NCBI GenBank assembly: GCA_963836185.1
Contig: CAWIIQ010000001.1
Location: 128,001 to 192,000, forward strand
DNA: 64,000 bases
Direction of reading: 5' to 3'
Source: Candidatus Krumholzibacteriia bacterium
Lineage (GTDB): Bacteria > Krumholzibacteriota > Krumholzibacteriia > Krumholzibacteriales > Krumholzibacteriaceae
Each line of letters starts with the position of its first letter. The first letter of the stretch is position 1. The translations under genes and the position numbers were made by a program. The notes under the pieces are model-generated. The model made no database searches. It was not told the origin of the DNA and worked only from the letters and a program-made list of their open reading frames with translations. Below, piece after piece: positions 1 through 8,247 of the stretch.

Positions 1-38
1 AATGGTATTCGAATGTTACCCACTGGATAATCGCGGCA

Positions 39-1166
39 GTGGCCTCGACGGTCCTTATTATCGTTCTGCATCTCGTCGCCGAGACGGCCCCGGCCGGTAA
101 TCCGCCCCTGGAGAACGAGCTCCAGGGTGTCCTTGAGGAATTCCTGTCTGAAAACATCATCGCACCAGGTCTGTCTGCCTGCGTGATCTGTCCTGATCTG
201 GGGCTGGACTGGTCCGGTGCGGCGGGTAGCGCGGCGAAGAGTGACAGCACGCCGATGACAACGGCCCATACATTCCGAATTGCCAGCAACACCAAGACAT
301 ATGTGGCAGCTTCTGTTCTGCGGCTCGTGGAGATGGAGCGACTCTGCATGGATGATGCTATGAGCGAACATCTGGCTCCGGAAGTGAACGCCTTGCTGCG
401 CGGTGACGGCTATGACACGGATATCATGACGGTCGCCCAGGTCCTCAGCCACACTGCCGGCCTGGGAGACCACACGAACGACTCTCTTTTCGTTGTCCGG
501 CTATTTGAAGACAACCAGCACACATGGACCCCTGAGGAACAGATCCGCTGCCTCGTGGAGTGGCGCGAACCTGTTGGAGAACCAGGCGAGAAGTATGTCT
601 ACTCCGACGCGGGGTACGTCATCCTCGGCACTGTCGTCACGCGTATCACGGGAAAACCACTGGGGCCTTCCGTGCGCGGCCTGGTCGATTTCGAAGGACT
701 GGGTCTCACGGTCACTTACTGGGAGTATATGGAAGAGCCTCCTGTTGAGGCGGGCCCGCGCGCGCATCAATACTTCGGTGAGGTCGATGTCACATCCTGG
801 AACGCTTCCTTCGATCTTTACGGAGGAGGAGGCATCGTCACCGATTCCCGCGAACTGGGCCTCTTTATGCGAAAGCTGCTCAAGGGAGAGGTCCTTGCCG
901 ATGAATCCACGCTCGAGGCGATGACCACCCGGGGGACAGGGCCATACCGTCTCGGCCTTATGGTCCTCGAATGCGACGGGTTCGAGGCATTCGGCCACCA
1001 GGGATTCTGGAACACCTTCGCCTTTCACGTGCCATCGCTGGACCTTACGGTCAGCGGGAGTATCCTGAACCACGACGCGACAAACGGCCGCGAACTGATG
1101 TGCAGGCTGGTGAGTACGGTCGCGGCTGTGTCAGGCCGCCTCAATGTTGACAAAAGTACCAAATAA
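39..1166 (+). CDS. Serine hydrolase, beta-lactamase/D-Ala-D-Ala peptidase family, probably secreted; true start may lie before the window
   Basis: FRIASNTKTY (SxxK), YSDAGY and GHQGF motifs; the frame is open back to the window edge. Confidence 0.85.
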   Translation: MASTVLIIVLHLVAETAPAGNPPLENELQGVLEEFLSENIIAPGLSACVICPDLGLDWSGAAGSAAKSDSTPMTTAHTFRIASNTKTYVAASVLRLVEMERLCMDDAMSEHLAPEVNALLRGDGYDTDIMTVAQVLSHTAGLGDHTNDSLFVVRLFEDNQHTWTPEEQIRCLVEWREPVGEPGEKYVYSDAGYVILGTVVTRITGKPLGPSVRGLVDFEGLGLTVTYWEYMEEPPVEAGPRAHQYFGEVDVTSWNASFDLYGGGGIVTDSRELGLFMRKLLKGEVLADESTLEAMTTRGTGPYRLGLMVLECDGFEAFGHQGFWNTFAFHVPSLDLTVSGSILNHDATNGRELMCRLVSTVAAVSGRLNVDKSTK

Positions 1167-1175
1167 TGGTACATT
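1147..1175 (+). promoter_or_regulatory. Sigma70-type promoter with an overlapping inverted repeat (candidate operator)
   Basis: TTGACA(1147-1152)-17 bp-TACATT(1170-1175); GTACCA-AATAA-TGGTAC at 1156-1172. Confidence 0.65.
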
Positions 1176-1550
1176 ATGAGCATGAAGTTGTCCCTGGATA
1201 AGATTGACTGTCTGTGCAGGCAGCGAAGCGAAGGGATCGGTGAGATGCTACGTGAAGCCGGCGTCAGCCGTAACGCATTCTATTCGCTGGCGCGAAAAGA
1301 ATACGTGGTGCCTCGATCCCTTATCAATATCGCTGAACATCTCGGGGTTTCAGTTTCTGCATTTCTGGATGATACAGCTACAATGGGCCAGCGGATGAGA
1401 TCCCTTGCCCGGGAAACGGACCGGATCGTGAGGCAACATGAAGAGGTCGATCGGGACAATGTCAGGCATACTCTTCTTCTGCTGAACGAAAAACCGGTGG
1501 ATCGGTTAAGGAGGGCGTTGAGGCGTGGTCGATACGTTGATCTTCGGTGA
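1176..1550 (+). CDS. HTH (XRE-like) DNA-binding protein, putative antitoxin/regulator; probable true start 1182
   Basis: LREAGVSRNAFYSL...IAEHLGVSVSAFL HTH pattern; overlaps the next gene. Confidence 0.65.
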   Translation: MSMKLSLDKIDCLCRQRSEGIGEMLREAGVSRNAFYSLARKEYVVPRSLINIAEHLGVSVSAFLDDTATMGQRMRSLARETDRIVRQHEEVDRDNVRHTLLLLNEKPVDRLRRALRRGRYVDLR

Positions 1551-2010
1551 CCGGGAGATAGAATTTCTCCAGGAGCTTGTCCGACAGAAGGTCGATTTCA
1601 TGCTGGTCGGGCTTTCCGCCGCCGCATTGCAGGGAGTACCTGTAGTGACGCAGGACATCGATCTGTGGTTCCGGAAAGTGCCTGATCCCGGCCTGGTGAA
1701 GGCTCTGAATAATGTTAATGCTATCTACGTACCACCGGTTCTGGGGAATCCACCAATGTTTGCGGGCGAAGGCGTCGAACTCTTTGATATAGTGCTAAAC
1801 ATGGATGGGCTCGATGGGTTCGACGAGGAAAAGAAAAACACGATCAAAATACCTTTAGGCCGCTTTAAAGTTCTAGCTCTGAAACTCGAACGGATCATTG
1901 CCAGTAAGGCAGCGGCTGGAAGGGAAAAGGACAGACTTGTCATGAAAGTCCTGGCAGATGCATTGACCGCAATCCAGGAACATGAGACCATCGAATTGCC
2001 AGAAGACTGA
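1525..2010 (+). CDS. Nucleotidyltransferase-fold protein (AbiEii/DUF6036-like)
   Basis: VGLSAAALQGVPVVTQDIDL (G-x-S/A...DxD) and C-terminal K.AAGREKD motif. Confidence 0.7.
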   Translation: MVDTLIFGDREIEFLQELVRQKVDFMLVGLSAAALQGVPVVTQDIDLWFRKVPDPGLVKALNNVNAIYVPPVLGNPPMFAGEGVELFDIVLNMDGLDGFDEEKKNTIKIPLGRFKVLALKLERIIASKAAAGREKDRLVMKVLADALTAIQEHETIELPED

Positions 2011-2059
2011 AGATACTGTGCGGCAAACACCTGCTTTTAAACTGTATAAGGAGAACAAA

Positions 2060-2746
2060 GTGAAGAAAGTGTTCATAGTAGTCGCGGTCATCGTAGTACT
2101 GATAGCAGGCGGGCTGTTTGTTCTGCTGGCCAACCTGAATTCCGTAGTAGCGAAGGCTATCGAGAAGCACGGGAGCAAGGTGACACAGACGAATGTCGCT
2201 GTTTCGGGAGTCGATATATCGCTGAAGGAAGGCCGCGGATCGATAAAGGGGTTGAGCGTGGAGAGCCCCGATGGATTCGATATGCGTGAGGCTTTTTCTC
2301 TCGCGGATATCACGCTCGATATCGATGTACAGAGTCTCAGGGGAGAACCCATCGTTATCGATGAGATCCGGATCCTTGCCCCCGTCGTCAATGTGGAGGT
2401 AAAGGCAACCGGAGCGAGCAACATAGATGAGCTCAGGAAGAACATTGAGGCATCTGTCAGCGGAAACTCCGGCGGCGGCGGTGATTCGGAAGGGAAGAGT
2501 AAAAAAATACGGATCAAGAAGTTCGTATTCGCTGAGGGCAGTATCGAAGTAGATGCGTCGGCCATGGGCCTTGAAAAGCGCACTGTCATCCTTCCCGAGT
2601 TCCAGCTCGACGATATCGGCGGCACCGATGGGGCGACTCCCGATGAGATAACGAGGATCGTCATGGATGCCGTGAGTAAAAAAGTGGCTTCAGAGATCTC
2701 AAGCTCGGGAGTCAAGGGATGGCTCAAGAGCAAGCTCGGCGGGTGA
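2060..2746 (+). CDS. AsmA-like membrane-anchored protein
   Basis: GTG start after AAGGAG, N-terminal TM anchor, beta-rich body (V.GVDISL..GRG.I.GL.V..P.GF). Confidence 0.6.
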   Translation: MKKVFIVVAVIVVLIAGGLFVLLANLNSVVAKAIEKHGSKVTQTNVAVSGVDISLKEGRGSIKGLSVESPDGFDMREAFSLADITLDIDVQSLRGEPIVIDEIRILAPVVNVEVKATGASNIDELRKNIEASVSGNSGGGGDSEGKSKKIRIKKFVFAEGSIEVDASAMGLEKRTVILPEFQLDDIGGTDGATPDEITRIVMDAVSKKVASEISSSGVKGWLKSKLGG

Positions 2747-2771
2747 GGATTCCTGCCGGGGAAAGGCATCG

Positions 2772-3500
2772 ATGATATCGAAGATATTTGCCGGACTGCT
2801 GTTGTCTGGCGCCCTGATTTTCGCGTTTTCCGGCTGTGCTGCGCTTTCGGAGAGCGCGGGGGACATCCTCAATACGGGCTCCGGAGATGGAGAGCTCGAC
2901 GAATCAGTTGTCATAGATGGTATCAGGGAGGCTCTGCGTGTCGGCACTCAGAACACGGTGATCTCTACCTCGCAGGTAGATGGGTATCTCGGCAATGAAA
3001 TGATCCGGATCGCTCTACCCGAACAGATGGGATCTGTCGCTTCGACCTTGCGGACTGTCGGGCTGGGCGCGTACGTTGACGAACTCGAAGTCGGCATGAA
3101 CCGGGCCGCTGAGCTGGCAGCTGCCGAAGCCCGGGATGTCTTCTGGAAGGCGATCAACAGCATGACCGTTACTGATGCCTTCGGAATCCTCAATGGTGAA
3201 GATACAGCTGCCACCGAGTATTTCCGCAGACAGACCGGCGCCGACCTGAGGGCCCGTTTTCACCCCATAATCGAAGAAAAGATCGAAGAGATCGGACTTT
3301 CGCGGATGTACAGCAAGGTAGCTGATGCTTACAACGATCTTTCCTTTACTGGAGCTCCCGGCCTCGTCGATCTCGATGAATATGTGACAGACCAGGCGCT
3401 CGAGGGTCTTTTCACGGTCCTGGCTCAGGAAGAAAAGAAGATAAGGGAAGATCCGGCGGCGCGCACGACAGAACTTCTGCGGAAAGTATTCGGGGGTTGA
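2772..3500 (+). CDS. DUF4197-family lipoprotein
   Basis: Lipobox FSGC; GIREAL.VG, MNRAAE.AA, AATEYF, EEKKIREDPAART.LL.KVFG signature. Confidence 0.85.
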   Translation: MISKIFAGLLLSGALIFAFSGCAALSESAGDILNTGSGDGELDESVVIDGIREALRVGTQNTVISTSQVDGYLGNEMIRIALPEQMGSVASTLRTVGLGAYVDELEVGMNRAAELAAAEARDVFWKAINSMTVTDAFGILNGEDTAATEYFRRQTGADLRARFHPIIEEKIEEIGLSRMYSKVADAYNDLSFTGAPGLVDLDEYVTDQALEGLFTVLAQEEKKIREDPAARTTELLRKVFGG

Positions 3501-3502
3501 CC

Positions 3503-4111
3503 ATGCGCCTTCCCGAGGGTTATTACACGTCAACCGGAGCGGCCCTTATTCTGGGCGGGCTCCTGACCGCCCTGATAAATATTTTTCTGACTCCGCAACT
3601 CGATCTCGGGGCATCATTCGCGGCAACGGCCGGGTCATTCCTGTTTTTTATGAGGCTGGTCCTGGCCGGTATCGCGGCGCTGCTCGTTCTGATAGGCTGC
3701 ACCGGGCTTTATGCGCGGCAGGCTGAAAAGATCGGTGTATTCGGGTTCATCTCGTTTCTTGTGACCTTCATCGGGATGACAGCTCTGTTCGCGAATGAGT
3801 GGACTTATGTATTCGCCGTGCATGAGATTGCGAAGACGGTTCCGGAAGCACTGGAGGCACTGGAGGATTCCGCCCTGTTCGATTCTGGAGCGATAATCGC
3901 TCTGGGATTGACGGTGCTCGGGTGGATCGTCTTTGCGGGTGTGACCTTGCGGGCCGGAATACTGCCTCGCTGGGCTGCCCTGTCCGTTATCGCCGGTTAT
4001 ATCGCTGTGTTGTTGCTTCCCGCGCTTATTGGACCCTGGGGTGCTGCAGGGGGAAATGCGATACTGGGAGCGGGATGGATGGGTCTGGGATGGAGCGTAG
4101 CACGCCATTGA
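3503..4111 (+). CDS. Integral membrane protein, about 6 TM helices
   Basis: Multiple hydrophobic segments; LRAGILPRWA motif. Confidence 0.65.
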   Translation: MRLPEGYYTSTGAALILGGLLTALINIFLTPQLDLGASFAATAGSFLFFMRLVLAGIAALLVLIGCTGLYARQAEKIGVFGFISFLVTFIGMTALFANEWTYVFAVHEIAKTVPEALEALEDSALFDSGAIIALGLTVLGWIVFAGVTLRAGILPRWAALSVIAGYIAVLLLPALIGPWGAAGGNAILGAGWMGLGWSVARH

Positions 4112-4354
4112 TCCCTGATACAATAAGGGCTCCTCAAATGAAGAGCCCGATATCCAGGGAATTGGATCCACCAAGAATAATACGCGGATATTCTAGCAGA
4201 ATATCCGCAAAATATCAATAGGAGGTTCTGCTCATAAGCAACCGTGCGTTATTACGGTTGCCAGGGGGAACGATATTGACCATCATCTTATATACCTTGT
4301 AGAGTTCCGGGCTTGACTGCTACGCTGAATCTGATGATTCCAGAGGAGAAAGTG

Positions 4355-4963
4355 ATGCGAAGACTTTCCGATATAATTATTCTGATGGTCATTCTGGCTG
4401 TGGCCGGTTGCGGCTCGGATGAACCTGTAACTGCTGAGGAGCCTCTCGCCGACATCCACGATCTTCGCGTCGAGCTCGAGTGCCTGGGGGCCGGTTCCGC
4501 CTACGTGAACTGTTATGTGCCGGATGTAGATGAGGAATCCACGGCAGTCGATGGAGAGGAAGGGACGACGTACGATGTGACGATCAGGGTGCGCGGTGTG
4601 GTCGAACAGAAGACCTACAGCGACTATGTTAATGGTGACGGGATGTGGATAGAGGGAGGCGTACCGGATGGAGGCACGTTCAACATATTCAGGCTCCATG
4701 TCTCATCTCCTGACAAGACCTACCATCTGAATTCAGGCACCTCCGGCTACGACGAGTGTTATCTGCTTGATATACAGAAGACGATAATTGTTGATGACGG
4801 CGCGGTCCTCACGCTGATCGCCGATTCAGGCGGAGATAATTACGGTACGATAAACATGGATGGAGATGAAGAGCCGATCGTAGTCACAGGCATAGCTCCT
4901 TATCCTGATCCATTCAACGGTCAATTTGTTCAGTTAGATGTCATCGACATCAGGATTCATTAG
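4355..4963 (+). CDS. Hypothetical acidic lipoprotein
   Basis: RBS GAGGAG, lipobox VAGC. Confidence 0.65.
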   Translation: MRRLSDIIILMVILAVAGCGSDEPVTAEEPLADIHDLRVELECLGAGSAYVNCYVPDVDEESTAVDGEEGTTYDVTIRVRGVVEQKTYSDYVNGDGMWIEGGVPDGGTFNIFRLHVSSPDKTYHLNSGTSGYDECYLLDIQKTIIVDDGAVLTLIADSGGDNYGTINMDGDEEPIVVTGIAPYPDPFNGQFVQLDVIDIRIH

Positions 4964-4977
4964 ACGGGAGAAGGGTC

Positions 4978-5322
4978 ATGACAAGCATGGAAAAGCTTCT
5001 CGATGCTCTCGATGATTGCGGCGAGGCCGCGGTGTTTTACAAGGGCAAGAACATCATGATGGCCAACAGGCTCTTTTCAGAGATGTTCGAGATCGAGCAG
5101 GAAAAGTGCAAGGGGCTGCCGATCATTGGTATCCTGCATGAGGAATCGATCGAGATGGTCACGGATTTCATAAGGAGAAGGAGTCACGGGGATCCAACTC
5201 TCCCGGCGGCATATACCGCCGATTTCAGGACAAAGAGCGAATCGAGGGTCCCGCTTCAATTGACGATAGTGAAGACGAGCAATACCGAAGGTGCTCTGCT
5301 GGTCATCATACAGAAGGCTTGA
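4978..5322 (+). CDS. Stand-alone PAS-domain protein
   Basis: IMMANRLFSEMF...G..I..ILHEES...Y.A..RTK PAS pattern. Confidence 0.65.
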   Translation: MTSMEKLLDALDDCGEAAVFYKGKNIMMANRLFSEMFEIEQEKCKGLPIIGILHEESIEMVTDFIRRRSHGDPTLPAAYTADFRTKSESRVPLQLTIVKTSNTEGALLVIIQKA

Positions 5323-5362
5323 GCACAACGTTGTGTCTGGTTGGATCCAGGAGGTTGGGATA

Positions 5363-5881
5363 ATGGCAGGACGGACTGGCTTGATATTTATGCTGGCGGT
5401 CGTTGTGCTGGCAGCAGGTGGACTTTTTGAGGGCGCCCGCAGCGGAGAGCATCAGCTCGGCGGCGGGATCCATTACCTCGAGACCCTGGGGGATATCAAA
5501 GATGTTCCCGAATGGGATTCAAGTTCTCTCGGGTGGATGATCTCCTATCGGTACAAGATGACCCTGATCAAGATCGAGGCCGATCTCGAATGGATCCCCG
5601 ATTACGGCGGTTCTGATAAAACATTGTCCCAGCCGCAGGTATGGCTCATCGTCGGTGGCCTGATCTATGGCGCGGGAGGTATCGGGGGGAGCTACATCGA
5701 CGGTGCCTGGCTCGACAATCCGTTCTACGGCCTGCGGGCGGGGGCCGATCTCACGGTCGCGGGGCTCAATCTCGACCTGTTCGCGGCGTACTTCTTTCAG
5801 AGCACGCAGGTCTTCGAGGATGTAGACCAGAAGGACCTCGACTCGATTACGTTCGGCGCGATAGTTCGATTCGTATTCTAG
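5363..5881 (+). CDS. Small outer-membrane beta-barrel protein
   Basis: Signal peptide, alternating beta-strand pattern, C-terminal Phe. Confidence 0.6.
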   Translation: MAGRTGLIFMLAVVVLAAGGLFEGARSGEHQLGGGIHYLETLGDIKDVPEWDSSSLGWMISYRYKMTLIKIEADLEWIPDYGGSDKTLSQPQVWLIVGGLIYGAGGIGGSYIDGAWLDNPFYGLRAGADLTVAGLNLDLFAAYFFQSTQVFEDVDQKDLDSITFGAIVRFVF

Positions 5882-6918
5882 GCTGAGAACTCGGCCGCCA
5901 GGGTCCAGTATGGATCCGTAACCGGATGTACCAGCACCGACTCCTCGCCGCCGTGAACGAGTGTGAGTCCGTTTTTCTCAGGGACGACCTCTCCGCACAC
6001 CGCTCCGGGTATCCCGTTTTCACCCAGCGCGGTTACCAGTTCATCCGCCTGATCTGACGCGACGACCGCGAGCAGCGTGCCTTCGCTGATGGCGCTGTAC
6101 ATATCGAAATCGAAGAGATCCGCAGTTTTCTGTATCACAGGCAGAACAGGAATGAGGTCCCGCTCGATACGCAGTCCGTAGGATCCGGCCCTGGCCATCT
6201 CGAAGAGTCCGCCCAGTATGCCGCACTCGGTTGCGTCGTGCATGACATGAACACCTGGGAACGTCCTGGCTATGGCGCATTCGTCGAGGACCGACATCTG
6301 GTCGAAGACTCCTGCGGCCTCCTTCTGAAAATCCTCGCCGCCGGCTGATATGAACCTGTCAGGGAAAAGCGCCGCGAGCAGACCGGTCGCTTCGATCGCC
6401 GGCCCCTTGGTGATGATTATCTTGTCTCCGACAACGGCTCTGTGCGGTCCCCTCAGCTCTGATTCGTCACCGATAGCGATCGCTGTCGCACCGCCTACCA
6501 TGGGGTAGTTGCAGCCTGTGTATCTTGCTGTATGGCCCGTGACGATACTTACACCGTACCTGACCGACTCCTCGTGGACAGTGTTCCACATCTCTTCCAT
6601 CTGCTCCTCGGTCATCTCCGGCGGCAGATTGAGATCGATAGCGAGATGTTTCGGAGGAAGACCCGATACCGCCACGTCGCAGAAGATGATATGAAAGCCG
6701 AACCAGGCGGCTCTCGCGAAACCCAGTGACGGGACGATAAAGAACGGGTCGGTCGACATCGCGATCGCCTGGCCGCCGACACGTATCACTCCGTAATCGA
6801 CGCCGTGGCGAGGACCGATGATGATACTGTCGTCCGTGACGCCAAGCCGGGGGTAGATCACGCGATCGAAGAACTGTGGGTGGATCTTGCCGAGTTCGGG
6901 CAGTTTTTCCTGGTCCAT
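5878..6918 (-). CDS. AIR synthase (PurM)-like family protein of uncertain function (HypE/ThiL superfamily)
   Basis: GP..GVD, STDP, IVTGHT, MHDATECG, ISEGTLL motifs. Confidence 0.85.
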   Translation of the reverse strand: MDQEKLPELGKIHPQFFDRVIYPRLGVTDDSIIIGPRHGVDYGVIRVGGQAIAMSTDPFFIVPSLGFARAAWFGFHIIFCDVAVSGLPPKHLAIDLNLPPEMTEEQMEEMWNTVHEESVRYGVSIVTGHTARYTGCNYPMVGGATAIAIGDESELRGPHRAVVGDKIIITKGPAIEATGLLAALFPDRFISAGGEDFQKEAAGVFDQMSVLDECAIARTFPGVHVMHDATECGILGGLFEMARAGSYGLRIERDLIPVLPVIQKTADLFDFDMYSAISEGTLLAVVASDQADELVTALGENGIPGAVCGEVVPEKNGLTLVHGGEESVLVHPVTDPYWTLAAEFSA

Positions 6919-6923
6919 ATTTG

Positions 6924-7018
6924 CTCCCTCCGCAGGTGCTGGCCTGATCAGGTTCGACGGGTCCCTGGATCTCCTCCAGGTTCTCAGCCCCGGTTTCGTC
7001 AGCCGAGGGGCTCCCCGG
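6924..7018 (-). ncRNA. TPP riboswitch, probably translational
   Basis: Minus strand reads GGGGAGCC...GGCTGAGA...GACCCGTCGAACCTGATCAGGCCAGCACCTGCGGAGGGAG, containing the GCUGAGA and GAACCUGAUC cores; the 3' strand contains the Shine-Dalgarno. Confidence 0.88.
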
Positions 7019-7035
7019 ATATTTCGTCTGACGAG

Positions 7036-7064
7036 ATGATATTGCAGGCGGGCCGAACTGTCAA
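7036..7064 (-). promoter_or_regulatory. Sigma70-type promoter of the TPP riboswitch transcript
   Basis: TTGACA-17 bp-TATCAT on the minus strand, just upstream of the aptamer. Confidence 0.7.
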
Positions 7065-7152
7065 TAGACTGAAACCGGACCGGTCAGGTATCGTACTATT
7101 AATATAACAGTCTTTCGGGATAAGTATCATTCAGCGATCGAGGAGGGGCAGG

Positions 7153-8247
7153 ATGAACCGTTTCGCGGGAATCATCTTCATACTCATTGTCATTATTGCT
7201 CTGCCATTCTTTTCCGTACAGGGGGGAGAGGCGATAGATCAGTCCGGGGAAATAGGAGCGGCGCCGTACCGGATCCGTATCCCCGCCGACTGGAACGGCA
7301 ACCTTGTCATGTATGCGCACGGATACAAGCCGAGGGGAGGGATGTGGAGGCCGCTGGCGGATGTTCTCGCCGGTGTCTTTCTTGAGCGTGGATTCGCTCT
7401 CGCTGAATCGGGATATTCCAGGCAGGGGTGGGCGCTTGAGGAGGCGATAGCCGAGACCGAAGAGCTGAGGGTCCATTTTTCAGAGGTCCACGGGAAACCT
7501 GATTCGACATTTGTGACCGGACATTCGATGGGAGGGCTCATCACGCTCGCTACGGTCGAGACTTTCTCCGATTCATACGACGGGGCGCTTCCGATGTGCG
7601 GGCCGCTGGCTCCGGCGCTTCTTTTCTTCAGGGACCACGTTTTCGATATGCTGATCACATTCGAGGCGCTTTTCGGAGATCACATCCCCGCTGATTACAA
7701 GCCTGTTATCGAGGTGGCAGCGCTCAGTGGAGCGGTCGTGGAGCAGGCCCTCGCTTCTGATTCTTTGCTCGCGGATACTTATGCCGCGAACAGGGGTGTA
7801 AGGCGGGAGGAACTGGCGGCGATAATCGCCATGGACCACATGTTGTACAAGGAGCTGGCGGACAGGGCGGGCGGCAATCCGATTGACAACCGAAACACGA
7901 TCTACTCTGATTATATCGGATCAGTCGACCTTAACGCCGTCGTTTCGAGATATGCGGCCGATCCATCGGCCCTGGATTACCTGAGGCGCAACTACACTCC
8001 CAGCGGCAGGCCGGGCATGCCGGTCCTCGCCGTTCATACGACATATGACGCAGGCGTACCTCCATGCGTTCCCGGATTCTACAATACGGCGTCCTGCCTT
8101 ATTGATGACGGGAAATACTTTGTGCAGATGTACGCGGAAGCGGACGGGCACTGCAGGTTCACACCGGCCATGACCGGGAAGGCATTCGATCTGTTGAGAG
8201 GATGGGTTGCGTCAGGCGTGCGTCCCGAGCCGGGCCGGCTAGAATGA
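7153..8247 (+). CDS. Secreted alpha/beta hydrolase
   Basis: Signal peptide; WNGNLVMYAHG, GHSMGG nucleophile elbow, GHC His motif. Confidence 0.8.
   Translation: MNRFAGIIFILIVIIALPFFSVQGGEAIDQSGEIGAAPYRIRIPADWNGNLVMYAHGYKPRGGMWRPLADVLAGVFLERGFALAESGYSRQGWALEEAIAETEELRVHFSEVHGKPDSTFVTGHSMGGLITLATVETFSDSYDGALPMCGPLAPALLFFRDHVFDMLITFEALFGDHIPADYKPVIEVAALSGAVVEQALASDSLLADTYAANRGVRREELAAIIAMDHMLYKELADRAGGNPIDNRNTIYSDYIGSVDLNAVVSRYAADPSALDYLRRNYTPSGRPGMPVLAVHTTYDAGVPPCVPGFYNTASCLIDDGKYFVQMYAEADGHCRFTPAMTGKAFDLLRGWVASGVRPEPGRLE

Noticed and set aside
5878-6918. Calling this gene hypE or thiL
   Set aside because: There is no hydrogenase context or C-terminal PRIC motif, and it lacks typical ThiL motifs; left at family level.
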